64,000 nt of DNA from an uncultured Gemmatimonadales bacterium (lineage in GTDB: Bacteria; Gemmatimonadota; Gemmatimonadetes; Gemmatimonadales; GWC2-71-9): positions 288,001 to 352,000 of the forward strand of contig CAVSQW010000015.1 in the NCBI GenBank assembly GCA_963730185.1, in the 5' to 3' direction. This document shows positions 55,895 to 64,000 of this stretch, in pieces. The notes below the pieces were generated by a model that saw nothing but the letters and a program-made list of their open reading frames with translations, had not been told where the DNA came from and did not search any database. The position numbers and the translations under genes were made by a program. The stretch's first letter is position 1; each line of letters starts with the position of its first letter.

Positions 55895-56904
55895 ACCGTC
55901 CTCCCGGCCGCGTCGGCGAACGGTGCCAGCTCGCGCATCAGGGCCGCGAACTGCTCGGGGAAGAGCGACTGCTTGCCGTCGGAGAGGGCCACCTGGGGGT
56001 CGCGGTGGACCTCGATCAGGAGACCGTCGGCTCCGCAGGCGACGGCCGCCTTGCTCATCGGGGCGACATATTCGCGCACCCCGGTGCCGTGCGAGGGATC
56101 GACCAGCACCGGGAGGTGGCTCCGGGCCTTGATCGCGGGGATGGCGCTCAGGTCGAGGGTGTTCCGGGTGGCGCTCTCGAAGGTCTGGATGCCCCGCTCG
56201 CAGAGGATCACATTGGGGTTCCCCTCCGCCAGGATGTACTCGGCGGCGAGCAGCAGGTCGTCGATCCGGGCGGCCATGCCCCGCTTGAGGACGACCGGCT
56301 TTCGGCTCTGCCCCAGGGCCTGCAAGAGCCGGAAGTTCTGCATGTTGCGGGCGCCGCACTGGAAGCCGTCGGCGTAACGTTCCACGATCTCGACGTCGGC
56401 CACGTCGACCACCTCCGTCACCGTGGGCACCCCGAGCTCGTCGGAGACGGCCTTGAGCAGCCGAAGGCCTTCGACCCCGAGCCCCTGAAACGAGTAGGGG
56501 CTGGTCCGGGGCTTGAAGGCGCCGCCGCGGACGATCCGGGCTCCGGCCGCCTGCACGGCCCGGGCCGTGTCACGGAGCTGGTCGTGGCTCTCGACGGCGC
56601 ACGGGCCGGCGACCACGGCGATGCGCTCGCCGCCGATGTCCACCCCGCCCAGCGACACCACGGTATCGGCCGGGTGCATCTCCCGGGCGACCAGCTTGTA
56701 GGGGGCGAGGATCGGCTTGACGCTCTCGACCAGGGGGTGGCCGTCGAGATGGAGCTGCTCCAGGACCCGCTCGTCGCCCAGCGCGCCCAGGACAACCCGC
56801 TCGCTGCCCGGCATGTGAAGGGGCTTGAGCCCGAGCGCCGAGATCCGGTCGAGGAGCTCGGCGGCGTGGTCCGCCGTGGCGTGTGGCTTGAGCACGATGA
56901 TCAT
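55891..56904 (-). CDS. aroF: DAHP synthase, type I-beta with N-terminal ACT/ferredoxin-like domain
   Basis: AGPCAVES, GGAFKPRTSPYSFQG, GARNMQN and DPSHG motifs. Confidence 0.93.
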   Translation of the reverse strand: MIIVLKPHATADHAAELLDRISALGLKPLHMPGSERVVLGALGDERVLEQLHLDGHPLVESVKPILAPYKLVAREMHPADTVVSLGGVDIGGERIAVVAGPCAVESHDQLRDTARAVQAAGARIVRGGAFKPRTSPYSFQGLGVEGLRLLKAVSDELGVPTVTEVVDVADVEIVERYADGFQCGARNMQNFRLLQALGQSRKPVVLKRGMAARIDDLLLAAEYILAEGNPNVILCERGIQTFESATRNTLDLSAIPAIKARSHLPVLVDPSHGTGVREYVAPMSKAAVACGADGLLIEVHRDPQVALSDGKQSLFPEQFAALMRELAPFADAAGRTV

Positions 56905-56956
56905 GGCCCGCTTTCGGTTCGGAGCCCCGAAGCGGCGCGCCCAAGTCGTCGGCTGG

Positions 56957-56989
56957 AACGAAAAGAGCCCACCGCTTCACGGTGGGCTC
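56957..56989 (-). terminator. trp attenuator intrinsic terminator
   Basis: GAGCCCACCG-tgaag-CGGTGGGCTC followed by TTTTCGTT on the minus strand. Confidence 0.9.
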
Positions 56990-57018
56990 GGTTGCTGATC
57001 GACGTTCGGCTTAGATCG

Positions 57019-57093
57019 TCAACGCACGTGGCACCCTACCGCGACACTGCCGCGCCAGGGCCACCACCAGAGGTTCTGCGTGCGCTCGATCAT
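57019..57093 (-). CDS. trpL: trp operon leader peptide MIERTQNLWWWPWRGSVAVGCHVR
   Basis: Three consecutive TGG plus a fourth, upstream of the terminator and the aroF-trp operon. Confidence 0.9.
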   Translation of the reverse strand: MIERTQNLWWWPWRGSVAVGCHVR

Positions 57094-57100
57094 GGGCACC

Positions 57101-57129
57101 ATGATGGCGAGGGGGACCGGTTCCGTCAA
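57101..57129 (-). promoter_or_regulatory. Sigma70-type promoter for trpL
   Basis: TTGACG-N17-CATCAT-N7-ATG. Confidence 0.65.
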
Positions 57130-58286
57130 GGGGATCCGTCCAGGGCCGGGCCCAGCACCTCGAACAGCCGCTCGACGTCCGCCGGCTCGTTGTAGACGTG
57201 GGGCGTGACCCGAATGGTCTGCCCGCCGCGGACGCTGACGTAGACCCGCTGGCGGGCCAGCCGAGCCGGGAGGTCGGCGGGCAAGGGGCGCCTGGACCGG
57301 AGGCCGACGTAGTGTCTGGCGCGGAGCGACGCGGGGACGGCGTCGAGTCCCAGGGCCTCGCCCCGGGCCACCACCTCGTCGGCCAGGGCGCCCGCGGTGT
57401 CGGAGATCGATCCGACGCCCCACGTCAGGATCTGTTCCAGAGCCGCGACCGAGGCCGGAAGCAGTCCAAAGTTGGAGGGCTCGCCCACGTCGAACCGCCG
57501 GGCGCCCGGTTGATAGCGCTCCGGATAGTCGATCAAGCCGCCGAAGTTCTCCGACCCCTCGCGCGCGAACCAGTGATACTCGAGCGGAACGCCGTGCTGC
57601 CAGCGGGGCGCGACGTAGAGGAACCCGGTGCTGTAGGGGCCCATCAGCCACTTGTAGCAGGCCGCGACGAGGAAATCGGGGTCGACCGCCGCCAGGTCGA
57701 ACGGCATCGCACCCAGCGACTGGGTCAGGTCGAGCACGAGGGCGGCGCCCACCTCGTCGAGTCGGCGGCGAATCGCGGCCAGGTCCAGCCGGGCGCCGTC
57801 GAGCCAGTGGAGGGCGGGGAGCGCCGCCACCGCGGTCCGTTCGTCGATCGCGGCGAGCACGGCTCGGGTCCAGTCGTGATCTTCCGGTCGAGGGACCAGC
57901 TCCAGGGTGGCGCCGGTGGCCCGGGCCCGCTCCCGGAAGGTGAGGATGGTCGACGGGAACTCCTCCGCCAGCGAGATCACCCGCTGGCCGGCCTCGAGGC
58001 GGACGTTGTTCGCCGCCGTCGCCATCCCGTAGCTGGCGGCGGGAACCAGGGCGATGTCGTCGGCCGTCGCCGGGGCGCCCAACAGCCGGGCGAACGTGGC
58101 GCGAGCCCGGTCGGCCCCGGCGAAGAAGTCCGCCGCCACCATCTCCCAGGGCCGCGCCTTTCGGGCCAGGGCCCGCTCGCCGGTCTCGAGGACCCCCCGG
58201 GGCAAGGGCGACATGTAGGCGCAGTTGAGATAGGCGACATCGGCGGGGATGTCGAACAGGTGCCGCTGCGAAGGGAGTCGAGGCAT
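57126..58286 (-). CDS. Class V PLP-dependent aminotransferase-fold enzyme
   Basis: YLNCAYMSP, D.TQSLGA, YKWLMGP and R..PHVYN motifs. Confidence 0.9.
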   Translation of the reverse strand: MPRLPSQRHLFDIPADVAYLNCAYMSPLPRGVLETGERALARKARPWEMVAADFFAGADRARATFARLLGAPATADDIALVPAASYGMATAANNVRLEAGQRVISLAEEFPSTILTFRERARATGATLELVPRPEDHDWTRAVLAAIDERTAVAALPALHWLDGARLDLAAIRRRLDEVGAALVLDLTQSLGAMPFDLAAVDPDFLVAACYKWLMGPYSTGFLYVAPRWQHGVPLEYHWFAREGSENFGGLIDYPERYQPGARRFDVGEPSNFGLLPASVAALEQILTWGVGSISDTAGALADEVVARGEALGLDAVPASLRARHYVGLRSRRPLPADLPARLARQRVYVSVRGGQTIRVTPHVYNEPADVERLFEVLGPALDGSP

Positions 58287-58364
58287 GGTGGAGGGAATAT
58301 GGAGCAAGCCGGCGCGTCCGGCGACGGCGGTGGCAGCTTGCTTCCGGGCCCTCGGAGGCACATC

Positions 58365-58376
58365 ATTGTATACAAT
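58365..58376. promoter_or_regulatory. Perfect palindrome ATTGTATACAAT (GntR/FadR-like operator overlapping a TACAAT -10)
   Basis: 12-bp dyad in a divergent intergenic region. Confidence 0.6.
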
Positions 58377-58408
58377 CTCCGCCGGCACCACCTCCCAACG
58401 GGATCGAG

Positions 58409-59512
58409 ATGAGAACATCGACACTGCTCGCGGGCGCGCTGGCGCTCGGGCTCTTCGGCCAAGCTGCCCAGGCCCAGACTCCCAGCCGGGGCGCGCTTCT
58501 GACCAGGATCGACTCGCTGGTCGCCGCCGAGATGGCGAAGAACCACAACGTCGGCGTGTCGATCGGGATTCAGAAGGGCGCGGATCTGCTCATGGCCCGA
58601 GGGTATGGCTCGGCCGATCTCGAGCTCGGGGTCCCGGCCGACGCCGAGACGGTTTACCGGATCGGGTCGCTCACCAAGCAGTTCACCGCCACCGGGATCC
58701 TCCAGCTGGTGGAGCAGGGGAAGATCGGTCTCCAGGACGACCTCACGAAGTTCCTGCCCGACTATCCCACCCAGGGTCACAAGGTCACGATCCACGAGCT
58801 CCTCACCCACACCTCGGGGATCAAGAGCTACACCAGCCTGGGCCCCAAGTTCTGGAAGGAGCAGTCGCGCCTCGATCTCACCGACGACGAGATGTTGGCG
58901 CTCTTCGAGAACGAGCCCTTCGACTTCAACCCCGGTGAGAAGTGGCTCTACGACAACTCGGGCTACTACCTCCTGGGTGTGATCATCACCAAGGTCACCG
59001 GCCTTCCCTACCGGCAGTACCTGGAGGAGAAGATCCTGGCGCCGCTCGGGCTCCAGGCCAGCCGGTACTGCGACGAGCAGCGGATCCTGCCCCATCGCGC
59101 GCAGGGCTACGAGGTGGTGGACGGCCAGGTGGTCAACGACGGCCTGATCTCGATGAACACGCCCGGCGCGGCCGGCGCGATGTGCTCGACGGTGATCGAC
59201 CTGCTGGCCTGGCAACAGGCCTCCAATCGGGCGGCGCTGATCACGCCCGCCGATCGCGACAAGATGCGGACCGGGTATGCCCAGGCGAGCCCAGCCATGA
59301 AGTATGGTTATGCGCTCGGGATCGGCCTCGCGGACGGACACCGGCAGATTGCCCATAGCGGCGGGATCAACGGGTTCAGCTCCTGGCTCGCCTACTACCC
59401 GGACGACGATCTCACCGTGGTGGTGCTCACCAACAACGGCGGCGGGCAAGCCCCGCGGTTCGGGCAACTGATCGCCCGGGCGGTGTTCGGAGTGGACCCG
59501 GGCGCCAAGTAG
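58409..59512 (+). CDS. Serine hydrolase, beta-lactamase class C/D-peptidase-like
   Basis: Signal peptide, SLTK (SxxK), YDN (YxN), HSG and LLTHTSG motifs. Confidence 0.92.
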   Translation: MRTSTLLAGALALGLFGQAAQAQTPSRGALLTRIDSLVAAEMAKNHNVGVSIGIQKGADLLMARGYGSADLELGVPADAETVYRIGSLTKQFTATGILQLVEQGKIGLQDDLTKFLPDYPTQGHKVTIHELLTHTSGIKSYTSLGPKFWKEQSRLDLTDDEMLALFENEPFDFNPGEKWLYDNSGYYLLGVIITKVTGLPYRQYLEEKILAPLGLQASRYCDEQRILPHRAQGYEVVDGQVVNDGLISMNTPGAAGAMCSTVIDLLAWQQASNRAALITPADRDKMRTGYAQASPAMKYGYALGIGLADGHRQIAHSGGINGFSSWLAYYPDDDLTVVVLTNNGGGQAPRFGQLIARAVFGVDPGAK

Positions 59513-59555
59513 CCGGGCGGACGGCTGGGCGGGTTGGACGGGGGCGGCGGACTTC

Positions 59556-61634
59556 ATGAGGCGACCGGACCAAAGGGCGGAAACGATGACGACGATCGGA
59601 ACGATGACGAACAGGACTCGCGCGGCAAGCCGCTGGCGGACGCTGGCATGGCTCGGGGCGCTGGCGTTAGGCACGAGCACCGTGGCCGCCGCCCAGACCG
59701 GGCTCACGCCGGAGCAGGCCGCCGCGATGCATACCCTGAACGGGGTCTCGATCTCCCCGGACGGGCGGTGGGTCGTCTACGTGGTGACCGTGCCGAATCT
59801 CGAGGAGAGCAGCACCAACTCCGATCTCTGGCTGGTCTCGACTGGGGGCGGCGAGCCGATCCGGCTCACCAACGGAGCCAAGGCCGACATGGGGCCGGTC
59901 TGGTCGGCCGACGGCAAGTGGATCGCCTTCGTCTCCACCCGCGACGGCAAACCGCAGGCGTACCGGATCTCGCCGACCGGCGGCGAGGCGGAGAAGCTCA
60001 CCGACTCGAAGACCGGCGTCTCGGCCATCGAGTGGTCACCGGACGGGAACCGGCTGGCGTTCCTGGCCCGGCGAGATCCGACTCCCGAGGAGGAGAAGAA
60101 AGAGAAGCAGAAGGACGACGCGGTCGTGGTCGACCATGATTTCGTGCCGACCTATCTGTACCTGCTCGACGTCGCCACCAGGAAAGCGTCGGCCCTGGTC
60201 CGGGGCGACGCCCAGCTGAGCGATCCCGAATGGTCGCCCGACGGGCGAGAGATCGCCTACACCACCACCCCCACGTCGAAGGCCGACGATGGCCGACTGG
60301 CGGACGTGATGATCGTCGACGTGAGCTCCGGAGCGACCCGGAAGCTGATCGACAATCCTGGCCCCGACCGGTCGCCCCGGTGGTCGCCGGACGGGTCGCG
60401 GATCGCCTTCCTCATGGGTGCGACCAAGGATCCCGCGATCCTGCCCGGGCGGCTGGCGGTCATCCCGGCCGCCGGCGGAACGGCCACGCCGCTGACGGGC
60501 GACTTCCTCTATGCGGCCGGGCCGCCGGCCTGGGCGCCCGACGGCTCGAGCCTCTACTTCTGGTCGTCGGTCCGCACCCGCTCGGAGCTCTTTGCCGTGC
60601 CGGCGTCCGGCGGCTCCCCCCGTCAGGTGTCGGACACCAAGGGCTCGCTCGGGATCTTCGGAGGCGGCCCACCCTCGATCTCCGCCGACGGCAAGCGGGT
60701 CGCGTTCGGCTGGACCGACATTCAGCACCCGGACGACGTCTACCTCGTGGATCTGGGCGGGCCCTGGTCTCAACGCCGGCTGAGCGATCTCAACCCTCAG
60801 CTCGCCTCGGTGCCGATGGGGACGAGCGAGGTGGTCCGCTGGAAGAGCGCCGACAAGATGGAGATCGAAGGCATCGTGGTCTATCCGGTGAACTACCAGC
60901 CCGGACGCCGCTACCCCACGGTCGCGATCATCCACGGCGGGCCGGCCGGTGAGTGGCCTGAGGCCTTCCCGGCCAGCTGGTACAACTCGGCCCAGGTGTA
61001 TGCCGGTCACGGATGGGTGGCGTTCCTGCCCAACCCGCGCGGCTCGAGCGGCTACGGCGACAAGTTCCTGATGGCCAACTACCGCGACTGGGGCGGGGGC
61101 GACTTCCGCGACATCCAGACCGGCCTCGACGAGCTGGTCCGCCGAGGGATCGCCGATTCGACCAAGATGGCCCAGACCGGGTGGAGCTACGGCGGCTACA
61201 TGACCGCCTGGACCCTGACCCAGACCAACCGGTTCAAGGCGGTGATGGTCGGCGCCGGGCTGACCGACATGTACTCGATGTACTCCACCAACGATCTCCA
61301 GACGTTGCTGGAGGAGTACTTCGGTGGCGAGCCCTGGAACGACGAGCAGGCGTTCAAGCGCGCCTCGGCCATGACGTTCATCAAGCAGGCCAAGACGCCG
61401 ACCCTGATTCTCCACGGCCAGCAGGACACCCGGGTGCCGATCGGCCAGGCCCAGGAGCTCTACATGGGCCTCAAGAAGAACGGGGTCCCGGTGGAGCTGG
61501 TGTTCTTCCCGCGGGAGCCCCACGGCCTCCAGGAGCCCCGCCATTGGCTCGACAAGATGAAGCGGGAATACGCGTTCTTCTCGAAGCACGTGCTGGGGGT
61601 GGAGGTGGCGGACAGCAAGGATCTGGTGCCGTGA
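59556..61634 (+). CDS. S9 family peptidase (secreted; start may be a downstream ATG)
   Basis: WSPDG repeats, IHGGP, GWSYGG, DTRVP and EPH. Confidence 0.92.
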   Translation: MRRPDQRAETMTTIGTMTNRTRAASRWRTLAWLGALALGTSTVAAAQTGLTPEQAAAMHTLNGVSISPDGRWVVYVVTVPNLEESSTNSDLWLVSTGGGEPIRLTNGAKADMGPVWSADGKWIAFVSTRDGKPQAYRISPTGGEAEKLTDSKTGVSAIEWSPDGNRLAFLARRDPTPEEEKKEKQKDDAVVVDHDFVPTYLYLLDVATRKASALVRGDAQLSDPEWSPDGREIAYTTTPTSKADDGRLADVMIVDVSSGATRKLIDNPGPDRSPRWSPDGSRIAFLMGATKDPAILPGRLAVIPAAGGTATPLTGDFLYAAGPPAWAPDGSSLYFWSSVRTRSELFAVPASGGSPRQVSDTKGSLGIFGGGPPSISADGKRVAFGWTDIQHPDDVYLVDLGGPWSQRRLSDLNPQLASVPMGTSEVVRWKSADKMEIEGIVVYPVNYQPGRRYPTVAIIHGGPAGEWPEAFPASWYNSAQVYAGHGWVAFLPNPRGSSGYGDKFLMANYRDWGGGDFRDIQTGLDELVRRGIADSTKMAQTGWSYGGYMTAWTLTQTNRFKAVMVGAGLTDMYSMYSTNDLQTLLEEYFGGEPWNDEQAFKRASAMTFIKQAKTPTLILHGQQDTRVPIGQAQELYMGLKKNGVPVELVFFPREPHGLQEPRHWLDKMKREYAFFSKHVLGVEVADSKDLVP

Positions 61635-63190
61635 ATCGATGGGCGATCACCGGACTGTTCGTCCTGCTCGCCCTGGCGCCGGCCCCGGCGGTGGGCCAAC
61701 AGGCCGACTGGCTGATCCGAGGCGGAAGCGTCTACGACGGCAGCGGCGCGCCACCGCGGCGGGCCGACGTCGCGATCCGGGGCGACCGGATCGTCCTGGT
61801 CGGTGACGGCCGGTCGATCCGGGTCTCCGCCGATCACCTGATCGACGGGCGCGGTCTGGTGGTGTCGCCCGGGTTCATCGATCCCCATACCCACTTCGGC
61901 GAGGACCTGAACCGACCGGACGGCGCCGGCCTGGTGCCGGCGCTGATGCAGGGGATTACCACGGTGGTGGTCGGCAACGACGGCGGCGGTCCGGTCGACG
62001 TGGCCGGGACCCTAGACCGGTGGACCGAGACCGGGATGGGGGTGAACGTCCTCCTCTACGTCGGCTTCGGGAGCGTGCGCCAGGCCGTCCTCGGCGCGGC
62101 GGACCGGGCGCCGACGGCTGCCGAGCTGAAGCGGATGGAAGCCTTGGTGGCGGAGGGCATGCGGGGTGGGGCGTTCGGGCTCTCCACCGGCCTCTTCTAC
62201 GCGCCGCAGAGCTACGCCCGGACCGGCGAAGTGGTCGCCCTGGCCCGGGTGGCGGCCCGGGCGGGCGGGCTCTACGACAGTCACCTTCGGGATGAGAGCT
62301 CCTACACCGTCGGGCTCCTCGGCGCGGTCAGGGAAGCCCTGGAGATCGGACGCCGGGCCGGGCTCCCCGTTCACCTCTCGCATCTCAAGGCGCTCGGGGT
62401 GGACGTCTGGGGGCGGAGCGACTCGGTGGTGGCGATGGTGGAGCGGGCCCGAAAGGCCGGGCAGCGGGTCACCGCCGACCAGTATCCCTACACCGCGTCG
62501 GGCACCAGCGTCGAAGCCTCGCTCCTCCCGCGGTGGGCGGAGGCCGGCGGCCGGGACTCGGTGCTCGTCCGGCTGGCCGACCCGAGGCTGGCCGACACGC
62601 TCCGCCGCGAGATGACCGCCAACCTCCGCCGCCGGGGCGGCGCTGCGTCGCTCCTCCTCACCAGCGGGCATTGGACCGGCAAACGGCTGAACGAGGTAGC
62701 GGCGGCGATGGGCGTCGACTCGATCGCGGCGGCCCAGGCCGTGATCCGGGAGGGCGGGGCGTCGGTGGCGTCGTTCAACATGACCGAGCCCGACATCGAG
62801 CGGTTCATGCGCCAGCCGTGGGTCGTGACCGGGTCGGACGGCTCGTCGGGGCACCCGCGGAAGTACGGGACCTTTCCCCGAAAGCTCCGGGTCTACGCCC
62901 TGGAGCGCGGGGTGCTGTCCTTCACGGACGCGATCGCGGCGAGCAGCGCCCGAACCGCCGCCTTCCTCGGTCTCGCCGATCGGGGTCGGATCGCACCGGG
63001 GCTCCGCGCCGACCTGGTGGTGTTCGATTCGACCGCCCTCGCCGACCGCGCTACCTACGAGCACCCGCGGGAGCTGGCGGCGGGGATGCGAGCGGTGTTC
63101 GTGAACGGGGTGGCCGCCGTCCGAGACGGACGCCCGACCGGCGCCAAGGCCGGTCGGGCGCTCCGCCACGCCTCGACGGACGGTCGTTAG
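61631..63190 (+). CDS. N-acyl-D-amino-acid deacylase family amidohydrolase
   Basis: PGFIDPHTH, GLSTGLFY.P, SHLRDE, DQYPY and HPR.YGTF motifs. GTGA coupling. Confidence 0.9.
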   Translation: MNRWAITGLFVLLALAPAPAVGQQADWLIRGGSVYDGSGAPPRRADVAIRGDRIVLVGDGRSIRVSADHLIDGRGLVVSPGFIDPHTHFGEDLNRPDGAGLVPALMQGITTVVVGNDGGGPVDVAGTLDRWTETGMGVNVLLYVGFGSVRQAVLGAADRAPTAAELKRMEALVAEGMRGGAFGLSTGLFYAPQSYARTGEVVALARVAARAGGLYDSHLRDESSYTVGLLGAVREALEIGRRAGLPVHLSHLKALGVDVWGRSDSVVAMVERARKAGQRVTADQYPYTASGTSVEASLLPRWAEAGGRDSVLVRLADPRLADTLRREMTANLRRRGGAASLLLTSGHWTGKRLNEVAAAMGVDSIAAAQAVIREGGASVASFNMTEPDIERFMRQPWVVTGSDGSSGHPRKYGTFPRKLRVYALERGVLSFTDAIAASSARTAAFLGLADRGRIAPGLRADLVVFDSTALADRATYEHPRELAAGMRAVFVNGVAAVRDGRPTGAKAGRALRHASTDGR

Positions 63191-63202
63191 GCGGACCCGT
63201 AC

Positions 63203-64000
63203 CTACCGCTCGGTGGCCCGCTCTCCCAGCGCGGCCAGCACCCGTTGCCGCTCCGATCTCGAGCCCACCTGATCCAGCACCCGCCGGAACGCCGGCTTCA
63301 CCGGGTCCGTGACCAGGCCGCGTTCGGCCAGGGTGCCGAGCACCCGGGCGAGCTCGTAGTCGGAGTCGATTCCCGAGGCCGCATCGATCACGTCGCCGAC
63401 CAGGGCGGCCGAGGGCTTGGGCGTGGTGAGCGCGGCCAGGAGGGCCTTGCTCCGCTCGTGGCTCGACTCGATCGAGCCGACCGCCTGGAAGTAGGCCGGA
63501 CGCATCGCCTCCGGGACGCCATGGGCCGCCTCCGCCACCTGGCCGAGCCAGGTGCCGAGCTCGTAGTCGGACTCGATGGTGCTCGAGGTCTCGAGGGCGG
63601 CTTCCAGGGTGGCCATCGACCGAGGGCCGCTCTTGAGGAGAGCGGAGAGCACCCGGTGCTTCTCGTAGTCGGACTCGATGGTTCGGACGGCGGCCATGTA
63701 CGACCGGTCGAACTCCCCGGTGACCGCCCCTCGGTCGGCCAGCCCGATCAGGAGGGTCGAGAGCTCGTAGTCCGACTCGATCGACTGGGCGATGTCGAGC
63801 AGCTGCCCGGTCAGGGTAGGGCTGATCGATCCGTGCTGGAGAATGGTGCTCAGCGCCTTCCGCTTTTCGTAGTCGGAGTCCATGGTCCGGACCGCGCCGA
63901 CGAACGCCCGCCGGGCGCCCTCCGGCTCGAGCAGGTCGGGCGGTACCGTCGCCAGCACCCGCCCCAGCTCGTAGTCGGACTCGAGACGGAGGCCGGCGGC
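63203..64000 (-). CDS. Helical-repeat protein with (I)ESDYE repeats, 5' end outside the window
   Basis: Frame is open to 64000 with eight ~35-38 aa repeats. Confidence 0.8.
   Translation of the reverse strand, partial: AAGLRLESDYELGRVLATVPPDLLEPEGARRAFVGAVRTMDSDYEKRKALSTILQHGSISPTLTGQLLDIAQSIESDYELSTLLIGLADRGAVTGEFDRSYMAAVRTIESDYEKHRVLSALLKSGPRSMATLEAALETSSTIESDYELGTWLGQVAEAAHGVPEAMRPAYFQAVGSIESSHERSKALLAALTTPKPSAALVGDVIDAASGIDSDYELARVLGTLAERGLVTDPVKPAFRRVLDQVGSRSERQRVLAALGERATER

Overview
High-GC chromosomal window whose gene content and style suggest a Gemmatimonadota-like bacterium (inference). It is mostly core genome. Left to right: pgi, an MBL hydrolase and a frameshifted pyk; a DnaA-box/AT-rich cluster that looks like oriC with no dnaA nearby; a large class II aldolase; SRP RNA with a non-canonical apical loop; a dnaX-ybaB-recR-hyp-mglB-mglA-pgsA-cinA run; grpE-dnaJ; ppk1, S9 peptidase, mnmA and iscS; an ECF sigma/Ser-Thr kinase pair facing an Ig-domain lipoprotein; a TolC-MFP-ATPase-4xMacB efflux operon ending in bshB1; two histidine kinases with an HDOD/PilZ module; an aroF-trpEGD(CF)BA operon under a Trp-rich, probably leaderless attenuator; and a peptide-hydrolase cluster. 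The most unusual signal is a family of G-rich/C-rich inverted short-tandem-repeat cassettes directly after stop codons. Three are empty and one brackets a four-helix-bundle (IVS-like) gene inserted antisense into an operon, suggesting a mobile or regulatory system. All calls are by-eye motif recognition, and no searches were run.
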